Positions 11,767 to 21,426 of a DNA stretch of 64,000 nt are shown here, in pieces (within the stretch, counting starts at the first letter, position 1; every line of letters begins with the position of its first letter). The position numbers were made by a program, and so were the translations under genes. The stretch is from NCBI GenBank assembly GCA_004431415.1, contig QPMI01000282.1, forward strand, positions 24,314-88,313, written 5' to 3'. The stretch is from Cyanophora paradoxa CCMP329 (Eukaryota; Plantae; Glaucophyta). The notes beneath the pieces are model-generated. The model saw only the letters and a list, made by a program, of their open reading frames with translations, was not told the DNA's origin and did not search any database.

Positions 11767-13485
11767 ATGTTCGTGCCGCCGGCCCCAGCAGCGGCGTCAG
11801 TGCGCTCGCGCTCTTTCTACGGCTTCGGGCGTCATGTGCTCCGGATACGCAGCGCCCCCGCGGTCGGCCGGACGAGCAGCGCCGGGCACCCAGCGCCGGG
11901 CGGGAAGAGCTCTCCTGGCAGCGCGCCGTCGTCGAGGATCCGGATAGCTTTCACAGCTGAGCTGTCGTCAGGCGGGTCGAGCCCGTCCGACGACGGCCGG
12001 CGGCGGCCCACAGCGCAGCGCGACGCGGCGGCCGCGGCGGCCGAGCCTGCAGCAGCGCGCGCGCGCGCAGTCGTCACGAGGAGGGCGATGGTGGGCTTGA
12101 TCGCTGCATCCGGAGCGGCCCTGCCCCGCGCCGCCTCCGCCGCCGGCGTGCGTCCCCGCATCTTTCACGTGCCGGCTTCGCCGCAGCTGAGCGGGCGGGG
12201 GAGGCAGGGTGAGGACGTCCTCGCGGGCGCGACGTACCCAAAGGAATGGCCCTACGACGAGCGCGACTTCGAGCGGTGCTCCGCGCCGCCCCCGCGCTCG
12301 GGCGCGCGCTCCTTCTCAGCGGCGCTCGGCGGCCTCCGGCAGGTACGACGAGACCGAGGACGCGGCGTTCTACTCGCTGCCGCGCTTCGTGGAGCACATC
12401 GACGACGGCGCCATCGCCGCCCTCGTCGCGTTCTACTCCGCCTGGCTCCCCAAGGGCGCGCCCCGCCGGCCCCGTACCCGTACCCCCCTTGCCCCTGGCC
12501 CGAACGCGCCGGCCGCAGGCGGCGACGTGCTCGACATCTGCAGCTCCTGGACCTCCCACTTCCCCCCAGGGTAGCCCGTTGCTTAGCCCCCCCACCCCCC
12601 ACCCCCCCACCCTCTTCTCAAGTACCCCCTCAGCTACGCCGCGGCGGGCGACCGCGCCACGCGACGGGTGCGATCCCCCAAAAGCCCTCCGATGCCTTCG
12701 CCTTCCCCTCACGCGCCGCACGCCGCAGATCTCGGGCATGGGTCCGCGTGTACCCCCCTAACCCCACGGCCCAGGGGCCGAAGGGCCGGGGGGTACGTGC
12801 GCAGGGATGAACGAGGCGGAGCTGAAGGCGAACGGCGACCTGACGGACTTCGTCGTGCGCGACCTGAACGTGGACCCCTCCCTCCCCTACCCCGACGCCT
12901 CCTTCGACGCCGTGGTACCCCCCTTGAGCTCCCGAACGATTTCGAAGAGCTCCCGCACACGTACCCCTCCCGCAGACGTGCGTGGTATCCGTGGACTACC
13001 TCACGCGGCCGCTGGAGGTGTTCCGAGAGGTCGCCCGCGTCCTCCGCCCCGGCGGGCGCGCCGCCATGGTGTAAGCGCGCGTACCCCCTGTCGCAGATCT
13101 TTCGCTTACCCCCTCCCCTGCAGGTACAGCAACCGGGTCTTCCAGACAAAGGCGGTATCCCTCTGGCTCCAGACGGGCGACCTCGAGCACGCGCGGTTCG
13201 CGTACCCCCCCACCCCGCCCCCCACCCTCCACCCCACCCCACCCCATTCCGTGCCAAACCCCCTGGCCCTTTTTTCGCCAACTAGGATCATCGGCTCGTT
13301 CTTCCATTACGCCGGGGGGTACGACCTCCTCCCCCTCGTCCACCCGCGCCCTGTTGATCCATCTGCAAATGCCCCCGGGCAGGTTCGAGCCCGCGTCCTT
13401 CCGGGACTTCTCGCCGCGGAACCTGCTGGGGCGCCGGTCTGGGGACCCCCTCTACGTCGTTACGGCCCGGCGAGCCCTCGCCTGA
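11767..13485 (+). CDS. Class I SAM-dependent methyltransferase (Methyltransf_11; cyanobacterial/plastid family) with transit peptide and Tat-like signal
   Basis: Spliced core FERYDETEDAAFYSLPRFVEHIDDGAIAAL, VLDICSSWTSHFP, GMGMNEAEL, RDLNVDPSLPYPDASFDAV, VSVDYLTRPLEVFREVARVLRPGG, SNRVFQTKAV, GDPLYVV. N-terminus MFVPPAPAAASVRSR... followed by TRRAMVGLIAASGAALPRAASA. Confidence 0.9.
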
Positions 13486-14351
13486 TCACGATCATGAGCC
13501 CCCGCGATCGGCCCCATGGCGTGGCCTGAGGCCAGGCCGGACGGGGTAGCGCTGTCGGGCAGGACCGATCTGAAAGGAAGGTATTCTAAAATCTACAGGA
13601 ATCTGAATATCGATCGCATGCAATTGTTTGATGTATGTGCGCTGCGTCATGCTGCTGCGCATATGCATGCTGCTCCCCGCATGGACGTGCGGCTTGCAAT
13701 TGCGATTGCAATATTAATTGCAATTGGTGCCGTGTCGGTCTAGATCTGACTCCAGGAGAATTATAATTAGAGGAAATACTACTAGTACTACTACTAGGCT
13801 AGAGCGCATGCAGCCTGCAGCTAGCGCTGGCAGCTCGTCGACCAACCCGCCGGTTTAGCCAGATCGATATGTAGCAGGCCGGCCGCGGGCCAAGCAGTGC
13901 TGGTGTCTAGAGACTGTGGCCGGTTATTTACCAAAAAAGGCCTATCCATAGGCTGCCTTCAAATAAATGACATACACTGTTATTCGAATTCTTGGCTTCA
14001 TGCGCCGCGGCGCAGTTTTCGGCATTGGGGAAAGGAGAGACCCTTAAGCTTCTAATGAGGTTAAAGCTTAAGACCCCATGGGCCAAGGCCACTCCTGCTC
14101 CGCAGGCCTAGGGACTCGCTTGTTTGAATGAGCAAACTCAAGAAGCTTGAGTGTGGCCTGTCTATAGCTAGAAGGCAGGCTCGCTTTGCTATATATATAT
14201 TTAATTTAGGAGCCGCTGAGCACATGTACATGCAGACTGAGGGGCCGGGTACAGCCTCCGGGTACAATTTTGCAAGAATTTGCGATTGAGTAATATTTAT
14301 AGGTAGATATAGATGCCTGCTGCCCGAATTCGGCGAACCGGCGAATTCGAA

Positions 14352-14465
14352 CTGTATATATTTTGTGCTAGTTTACTGTATCTTTGATTTGTGATTGCTT
14401 TGTTGTCTTTAATATCACTACCTACGGGGGGTTCGCCCCACCGTTAGCCCTGCCAAAAAAAAAAA
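14352..14465 (+). mobile_element. 114-bp retroposed insertion (SINE-like or extreme 5'-truncated LINE)
   Basis: A11 tail at 14455-14465, perfect 9-bp TSD GAATTCGAA (14343-14351 and 14466-14474), and a 3' hairpin GGGG-TTCG-CCCC. Confidence 0.8.
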
Positions 14466-14560
14466 GAATTCGAATAATTCGAACAAATCCCCCTCTGTTC
14501 GATGTTTGTTCGTTCACTAGTCCCGGAGTCCCCGTGTTCATTCATGATTGTTCAGTGAAC

Positions 14561-17500
14561 ATGTTCGAACACCAAGGCTCCGGGATCCTTCTCCCCCCCC
14601 CCCTCCCCTCCGCCTACAACTATATCTCCGAGCACCTCCGCGCGGGCACTGCCCACATCCACCGTCGGAACGCCCGCCGAGCCGTCCACCAAATGCAGCA
14701 AGCGTCTCGTGCCTCCAGGCGAGCAGAACGACAGAGGCGGCGCGAAGCCCGGGCTGCGCTAGGTCAGCATACACCAGGACTACCAAGCCTGCCCCTGCTG
14801 GTGGAAGAAGAACGGGTTCCAAACCGTGCATTCGATCGGGACAACGCACGAGCCGACCGCCTCGCCGCTGCGGCACTGGCTCTGCACCCCAGCGCAGACC
14901 TCTCCCGGCAGGCACTCGACGGCCGGGAACTTTCTTCCTGGGCTGACCCTGAGGAAGCAGCCTGGCAATCTGACCCCGAAGACCCGTCCCCGGCCGCAAC
15001 AGTTGCATCAAAACGCGCGTGGCACGCCCGCCGGGAGCCGGTCTTTCCCCCTGGCGGATTTGACATGGTCCTACTCTTTTCGCCCCCGCGCTGCTGGAAC
15101 GAGAACTACGACACTCGTAGAGCTTACAGAGTTGAGTCTGACCCGCGAGCACACGTAAAAAATACGTGCGAATTTCGGAACTTCTCCCGTCTCCTTGCAA
15201 CCGAAAAATGCCATTTGGGCAGTCCGGTAGACCGTGCGCGCCTCGCCCGCGAATACCGCAAGAAAGGGCTCTCCCGCGATGCATCGCACCCCCTGAATGC
15301 GAGGCTTGCTCAAATCACGAAATTCAGCTCCGGACTCGCACCCCTCATGGGTGAACGTGCCCGGGACGCTCCCCATCTCTACAGTGCAATAAATCCAAAT
15401 GGACTCTGTGTTCGCGCAGGCTGCGCGTCCGTGCTAGGCCCAGACGGCCGGCCCACCCCAGCCCCGCCATGGCAGCCGCCTGCGTCTGACCCCGAGGAAG
15501 ACGGTGGGATCCGGAACGGCCCCAACGGCGACGGCACCCCGGCCGCACGAGACGCACGCCAGGCACCGCGGCCCCCCCCTATCGTTAGCGGGACGCCTGA
15601 AACCCACGACCATGCCTTTGGTCTCTGCCCAGCAACACGCACCCTCCGTATCGAAACCCAAACTAAGATATTCAACCTATTGTACGAAACCATATCGTCT
15701 CAACGCCTAAAAACTGCAGTCGATGCGGCTGCAGCTGGCGACCCAGCCTACAAGCTGCCCCCGGCCCTGCGCCAGGACGGACTGTTGCTGCGCCAACTGT
15801 TCCCGGCCTTTGTACTGGCTGACGATGCAAACTGGGGATGGTCAGAGCGTCAGCGCCAACGGCCGGGCCCCCTTCCTTCGCACCTCACGCAGCCACTCTA
15901 TGGCCTGCCCGATCAGTGGCAAAGCCTCGGCAGCAAACTCTTCGCCGACCTTGCCTGCGATTCTCCCCGCCACACCGTCAGGCTCCTCCTTCCTCGTAGC
16001 CTCATCCCTGCCCTGATTTACTTAGATGTACGTAGACCGGCGGCGCTTAAATGCGCCAACGCAATTATGGCCACCATCATAGACTACACCCAAGCAATCT
16101 GGAAGGCTCGCAATAGCGAAGTCCAGTCCTGGCAACGCCGACACGGGATTACTCGCCGCCAAACTCATGCACCTCGACCCTCGCGCCCTGCCGAGCCCTC
16201 ACCGGCGAGGTCGATGACAGCCAGGATTAGGGATGAGCCCACGAGCCCCTCGACCGTGGTGGCCCCGGCCCCGCGTCGACGGATACCCAACGGCCAGCTC
16301 ACCCTCTCATCAGACCTACAATTAGTCAGCCAGTCGCGCCGCTCTCGAACCCGCGCTGCTCCCCCAGCACCAGGGCCGGCCACGGCCCCCCCTACAACAG
16401 CGATACCCGCAACGCCGGTGCCCCCTACCGCCGCCCCGAGCTCGAGCCCGAGACCTAGACCTGTAGCTAGGCCGGCAGCTGCTAACAGCATCACCAATAT
16501 TAATGCCAATAATGCAGGGTGGCCGGCTCCGCCGTCCCCACCTGCATTACGTGCCGCCTGGGCCCAAGTACGCCGCTCCCCTACCCGCGCTCTACCCAAC
16601 AGCGCAGTCCGAGAGCTCCCGGCAGCCCGCAGCGGCCCCGCTGCACTGTTTGGCAGTGCCTCCGTATCGCTCCATGACCTAGCCACGCTGAACGGCTCGT
16701 CCTGGGTGAACGCCGACGTCATCAACTACTACCTTGCCCGACTAAACCTTCTTGCGAGCGGAGAAATTAACCCTCGCCGACGCGTCTTACTTTTCCCGCA
16801 TACTTTCTACGCCGCTATTCCCCAGACAATAACGCCGGCGGGCAGCGCCCGCCTGCGCCGTCGCACCGCTGGGCGCGGAATTAATGTCTTTGACTATGAC
16901 CTATTACTCTTCCCTATCCACACCCCGGGCCACTGGATCCTTGCAGCCCTCCATCTCCGTGCTCGCCGTGCTGAACTATACGATGGATACAATCTCCCGG
17001 GCCCCGAAGAGGCCCGCCGTCAACTCCTGCCCCTCCTAAAATGGCTCAACATGGAGCGCGAATGCGCAGCCCTAGGCTCCTCGACCGGCGCCGACGACGC
17101 TCTCACCTGGCCCCTCCCCTCAGCCACCCGATTCCCCATCCCGGCCCAAAACGATCGCTTCAACTGCGGGATTTTCGTCTGTGCCTTCGCCGAAATACTT
17201 GTCCGTGCTCTGGAACATGACCCCACGGCCTACACACCCTCCTTCACGGGCACTGTGTCTAACTGCGCCACCTGGCGCGGCCTCATTCTTTCTCGGATTC
17301 TAGGCTCGCAGGCCTTGGATACGGAGGCGCCCACGAGCACCGCCTCCCAGCCCGAGCAGCCCCGGGCAATACCGGTGGCTGCGCCGGCCCCGGGAGAACT
17401 GCCACGGGATGCCCCCCTCAGCTGCCGGTGCGGTTACGCTGCCGCCTCCCCCGAAGCCCTGGCGCAGCACAAACGCAAAGGAAAATGTACCGCTCCAGTG

Positions 17501-18412
17501 TCGCCCCCCAAAACCAGCGAGACAGACCGCGCCCCCCAAGATGAAGCCATTGCAGGCCCATCCAGGCCCAAAATAGTCACGCCCGCACCGGAACCCCAAT
17601 ACCGGCCCCCGCTGAGCGCGCAGCCTACCCCAAGGCCTGCGGCCCGGAACTCGCGAGCAGACATCCGCACCTTCTTCCAACCCCGCCCGCGCCCGTCGGC
17701 CGTCAGCGACACCTCTATAGCTAGGCCTGCAGCTAACCCGACCTCCACGACGCCCCCCAGGCTGAGCTCGAGCTCACCTACAGACAGGCCCCAGAGTGCA
17801 AAGGACAGTCCGCCAACGCAAGTGCCCCCGCCTGACACACCAGTGGCACAAGCCGACGGCACGGCAACAGTGCGGACGCGACGCCCGCGCCTCCTTCGAG
17901 AAATTCAAGAGTCGGCGGGATTCCGTGCAGCCCGAGGCAATAATTCCGGACCCGGACCTCGCCCCCGCAGATCTAGAACAGCTGCAGCAGCTTCCGTCAC
18001 CCCTGCTGCTGCTCATGGTCACGCCCAGCGGCGGGATGGAGCGTCGTCCGCAGCCGCATCAGCTGTGCCCGAGCCTCTTCCCGAACCTCAAGACCGGCCT
18101 CCCCCACAAGACCGGCCGCCGCCCCGCCCTCCCCACCGAAGAGGCCCGGCCCTCACCCCAGCCTCCTCCCCCGCACCCTCCCCTCCTCCACCCTTCCTCT
18201 TCTCGAAACGGGCTCTCCAGCTCCACCCTCCCCATCTCGCCCCTCCAGCAACCTGTCCCATCTGTTCCATGTCGCTCCACCGACACCGCCACCTCCACCG
18301 CCTTCCACGCCCGCTCCTCTGTCCTGCACGGGAACACGTGAGGTACCACCGCGGAGATCTCCTCCTCTCTCTTCTCATCTTTGGGATCTCGCCGCTTGGC
18401 TTTAAACCCTGA
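14561..18412 (+). CDS. LINE ORF C-terminal portion (RT lost): RNase H C-half, zf-RVT-like CCHC, IWxxRN, Ulp1/peptidase C48, Zn finger, Pro-rich tail; first in-frame ATG lies in flanking DNA
   Basis: YISEH...NARADRLAAAA (RNase H end); LCVRAGC...ETHDHAFGLCP; IWKARN (16097). Ulp1: DLATLNGSSWVNADVINYY, LLFPIHTPGHW (His 16931), LYDG (Asp 16982), QNDRFNCGIFV (Cys 17165). Zn finger CRCG...AQHKRKGKC (17423). Confidence 0.8.
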   Translation: MFEHQGSGILLPPPLPSAYNYISEHLRAGTAHIHRRNARRAVHQMQQASRASRRAERQRRREARAALGQHTPGLPSLPLLVEEERVPNRAFDRDNARADRLAAAALALHPSADLSRQALDGRELSSWADPEEAAWQSDPEDPSPAATVASKRAWHARREPVFPPGGFDMVLLFSPPRCWNENYDTRRAYRVESDPRAHVKNTCEFRNFSRLLATEKCHLGSPVDRARLAREYRKKGLSRDASHPLNARLAQITKFSSGLAPLMGERARDAPHLYSAINPNGLCVRAGCASVLGPDGRPTPAPPWQPPASDPEEDGGIRNGPNGDGTPAARDARQAPRPPPIVSGTPETHDHAFGLCPATRTLRIETQTKIFNLLYETISSQRLKTAVDAAAAGDPAYKLPPALRQDGLLLRQLFPAFVLADDANWGWSERQRQRPGPLPSHLTQPLYGLPDQWQSLGSKLFADLACDSPRHTVRLLLPRSLIPALIYLDVRRPAALKCANAIMATIIDYTQAIWKARNSEVQSWQRRHGITRRQTHAPRPSRPAEPSPARSMTARIRDEPTSPSTVVAPAPRRRIPNGQLTLSSDLQLVSQSRRSRTRAAPPAPGPATAPPTTAIPATPVPPTAAPSSSPRPRPVARPAAANSITNINANNAGWPAPPSPPALRAAWAQVRRSPTRALPNSAVRELPAARSGPAALFGSASVSLHDLATLNGSSWVNADVINYYLARLNLLASGEINPRRRVLLFPHTFYAAIPQTITPAGSARLRRRTAGRGINVFDYDLLLFPIHTPGHWILAALHLRARRAELYDGYNLPGPEEARRQLLPLLKWLNMERECAALGSSTGADDALTWPLPSATRFPIPAQNDRFNCGIFVCAFAEILVRALEHDPTAYTPSFTGTVSNCATWRGLILSRILGSQALDTEAPTSTASQPEQPRAIPVAAPAPGELPRDAPLSCRCGYAAASPEALAQHKRKGKCTAPVSPPKTSETDRAPQDEAIAGPSRPKIVTPAPEPQYRPPLSAQPTPRPAARNSRADIRTFFQPRPRPSAVSDTSIARPAANPTSTTPPRLSSSSPTDRPQSAKDSPPTQVPPPDTPVAQADGTATVRTRRPRLLREIQESAGFRAARGNNSGPGPRPRRSRTAAAASVTPAAAHGHAQRRDGASSAAASAVPEPLPEPQDRPPPQDRPPPRPPHRRGPALTPASSPAPSPPPPFLFSKRALQLHPPHLAPPATCPICSMSLHRHRHLHRLPRPLLCPAREHVRYHRGDLLLSLLIFGISPLGFKP

Positions 18413-18725
18413 GCCTGCCAGCCCAACAATCTCCCCGGCCCCAGCCCCCTGCCACCTCTCTACCCCACCCCATCGTGACCGGCCCTGGCCCGTCGCGGGG
18501 GGGGAGGCTCCGAGAGAGCCGCCTCAAGGGTAGAGGGGGCGGGGCTCGCAATAGGGTATAGCCCTTGGGGCGCCTAGTCGGAGACCCAATAGTGGGGAGT
18601 AGACTAGGCTAAAGTATATTAGTTGGCCTAGGGTAGACCTAGGCCTAGGGTAGACAGAAAACGATGTTTTTTGTGTACCAGGGGCTCTGTCCCCTAATAA
18701 ACTACGGAAAACTCAAAAAAAAAAA
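14612..18725 (+). mobile_element. 5'-truncated non-LTR retrotransposon (LINE) encoding RNase H remnant, CCHC, Ulp1 protease and Zn finger
   Basis: 13-bp TSD CCCCCTCCCCTCC (14599-14611 and 18726-18738), AATAAA at 18696-18701, A11 tail at 18715-18725. Intronless 3.8-kb ORF whose codon usage differs from the host genes. Confidence 0.88.
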
Positions 18726-18894
18726 CCCCCTCCCCTCCCCCAGAGAGCTTCTCGCGCTTCGCGCGATATAAAGAAAGAAAGTGTGCAACCGTTCGGCCAA
18801 TCGCACACTGCACGGAAACGCTTTAGGCATTTTAATTGATGCATCAACTGGGGGTGCATCCGTGACAGAACGCTAAGAAACTACCCTCGGACAG

Positions 18895-18989
18895 GTTTCC
18901 GACGGTTTCCGTGCCGAAAATCACCTGTTTCCGACGGTTTCCGTGCCGAAAACCGTATAATCATCTGTTTCCGCCGGTTTCCGTGCCGA
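18895..18989. repeat. Three imperfect tandem copies of GTTTCCGACGGTTTCCGTGCCGA(AAA)
   Basis: Direct repeats visible just downstream of the LINE's 3' TSD, inside the host element. Confidence 0.8.
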
Positions 18990-19674
18990 TCGCGAAAATC
19001 GCCCGAAACCGGGGCCCCGGGGGCCCCTTGCTGTTCAGTGAATTTCGAACAGCGGCCGCTTTGTTCATGTTCGTTCAGTTCAGCAAAATGGCTGTTCGTT
19101 CATGTTCGTTCGAACTATGTTCGTTCAGGACCCCCCCCTATAGCTAGCTGTAGAGGGGCGCGTCGAGCTAGGGGGGGTCCTAGGCCTGGAACGACGGCTG
19201 CGCGTGTGTGCGCGAGAAAGACGCATCATTAAGAATTATGAAGTGCCGCGTTGCATCGATATATCCGCCGGCCGCGCACCAGCGCTAGCGCGCAGGATGG
19301 TGAGGACGATCGGGATGAAAGTGGCTACGAACACTGTGACAGGAAGCGGCACACCATGGCCATGACCACCTGGGGGGGAATCGCAAGCAGGCCGTGGTAA
19401 TTATAATATATAGATATTAGCTGGTGGCCATGGCGATGAGAGGGACGAATAAGGTGGCGGACGCGTACGAGATCGAGCTTAAAGCTTTCTCCTCATTTTG
19501 TCAGGATCGTAGTCCTGGATGGTCAGAAGGCCCAGGAAAAACTTGAAATCTCTGCGGCTCGTAGCCCGTGAGGCCCTCCTCCTGCGCGCGCTCCGCGGCC
19601 GAATTGTGGCCGTACGCGTGGCCGCGACCACGCAGCTTCTTGACCTGCAGACTGCAGTGCGTTCTAATTACTAA

Positions 19675-19719
19675 TTTTTTTTGAGAGACTACGGAAGGGC
19701 GAACCCCCCGTAGGTAGTA
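19675..19719 (-). mobile_element. Short retroelement 3'-end remnant related to 14352-14465
   Basis: Minus strand TACTACCTACGGGGGGTTCGCCCTTCCGTAGTCTCTC-A8 shares ACTACCTACGGGGGGTTCGCCC with 14418-14439. No clean TSD. Confidence 0.65.
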
Positions 19720-20664
19720 AAATTAGCTACTGCAGCTAGCGCTGCAGCTGCAGCCTGCAGCCTGCAGGCCCTGCATCTGAGGCTGCAGCGGCTGCAGGTT
19801 GCCACGGTTGCACCGTTCTTGCACTGCCGCAGTGCGTCCGGCACGGTGAGCTTGCACCCGTGGGCCGTGCGGCCCGTCAGTGGCCCACGGGTGCTTGTAC
19901 GCCCTAGCCGGGCTAGCCCCGGGCCCCCGTCAGTGGGCCGTCACCCGCCGCCGGGCCGCCGGGCCGTGTGCGCGGTTAATTGCTAAGTAAACTTGAAATT
20001 TGCAACTTGCAAGTTAACAACTTGCAAGCCTTGCAATTGAAGTTGCAACTTGCAACTTGCAAGTTCGCGGCCGGCGCCGGCGCGCGGCCGCGTGTGCCGG
20101 CCGCGGGCCGCGCGCGGAGTCCGGCCGGAGTCCGCGCGCGGAGGAGGCCGCGCGACTCCAGTATACCGCGTCAGGCACTAAATTACTGCGGCGTTAATTA
20201 ACGCGGTTTCAAAAATGGCCCTCCTCTGCATGAGCGAAATACCGCGGTACCAAATAAACGCGGGTTTAAAAATTTGAGGCTTGTATGGGGCAGTAATTTT
20301 AGGGGGTACTGTATAAAGCGATTTCTCAGCAGCAAATTATACGTACTACCGTATACCGGTACCGCGGCAGCTAGTGCGGCGGCACCAATTAAATTATCGC
20401 GTTTTAACAAACTTTTGGCGCGCTAATTAATTTGGTACCGCATTAGTTAAGTGCCCGCGCGCGCGGTACTTAAGTGCCCTACGGTATATACGTACCCGGC
20501 CCCTGGTAGCCTGCTGGCCGGGCCCGGGCAGCCTGCACTGCGGCAGGCGATCATCGGATCACGCTCCAGCTGAGCTGCAGCCGCGAGCCTCGAGCTCCTG
20601 GAGTCCAGCTGAAGGGTTCATTGTCCCTCACCGGTGCCGGCTTTTAGATTCCGAAGTTCTCGTC

Positions 20665-21426
20665 ATGGGTTGGGCTGCGCTCGGCCGCCTCTTCACAACC
20701 ATAGGCCAAATTGGGGGTTCGCCGATGGTCAACCCGCACCTCCACAACGCCGCCAACTCCGTCTTGGCCATGGCCCGCGGTCGAGGCGCTGACGGCGGAG
20801 GCGCTGGCGGCGGGGGCGACGACCCTGTCAGATTTCAGCCCTCTTCCCGCACAACACTCGGTGCGCATGCGCGCCGCGGCCGTTTGACCCGGCGAATTCC
20901 GTGCTGCTTCGAATTCCGGTCGCCGAGTCGGCGTCTGTGATTCTATGCATTAATATTGCAATTGACCATGGGCCATGATCAGACCGGACTAAGGCTTACA
21001 TGTGCGTGGGCGGCTGCGGCAGCAGTTCCCTTCGAAATGCGCGTGCACGTGCCTCCTTGCGATTGCTTCCTTCTGATCTTCGTCCTCGCGATCGACCGCC
21101 TTGACGCCGCACCGCAGCCCTATCAGATGCCGGAAGACGAGGTCTTCCAGGTGGACCAGGTGCGCCAGTACGTGGCGGAGGCGGAGGCGGACCCCCTCGC
21201 GGACGTCGAAGCCGACGGGGCCGCCGGCGCTGCCCCTCTCGACCTCGAGGTGCCGGCGCCCCCGGGCCCGCCGGCCCCGCTGGCCCCGCGCCCTCCGACG
21301 CGCGCGGCTGCGCAGGCTGGCTACGAGGGCGAGGAGCAGGGAGCGCACGCCGGCGCCGACGGCGCGCTCGCCGCCGCCTTCGGCCTCGAGTTCGCCGACG
21401 GCCACCAGCTGCCGCACCTCCTCTGA
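20665..21426 (+). CDS. Small hypothetical acidic protein, probably multi-exon
   Basis: Host-like codons in MPEDEVFQVDQVRQYVAEAEADPLAD...LDLE and AGYEGEEQG...HQLPHLL*. The 5' exon is uncertain. Confidence 0.35.

Larger units (their letters stand above)
14240..20505. mobile_element. Putative non-autonomous hAT-like DNA element (or pile of related ends) hosting nested insertions
   Basis: Inverted repeats AGGGGCCGGGTAC (14240-14252) and GTACCCGGCCCCT(G) (20492-20505). Flanking 8-mers GCAGACTG and GTAGCCTG match at 6/8. The interior is AT-richer with arrays of short subterminal-type repeats (TGTTCGTTCA, AACTTGCAAGTT, TACCGCG). No transposase seen. Confidence 0.4.

Noticed and set aside
14384-14560. 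5' part of the 1342-aa ORF
   Set aside because: It starts at a non-ATG codon and runs through a separate TSD-flanked insertion and its poly-A, so it is open by chance.
18895-18989. Possible CRISPR-like repeat-spacer array
   Set aside because: Only three imperfect repeats with short, related spacers, no cas genes, and a eukaryotic transposon context.
14418-19719. 22-bp inverted match as the TIRs of a DNA transposon encoding the Ulp1 ORF
   Set aside because: Each copy is followed by its own poly-A, the left copy sits inside its own 9-bp TSD, and the Ulp1 ORF has a separate TSD and tail.
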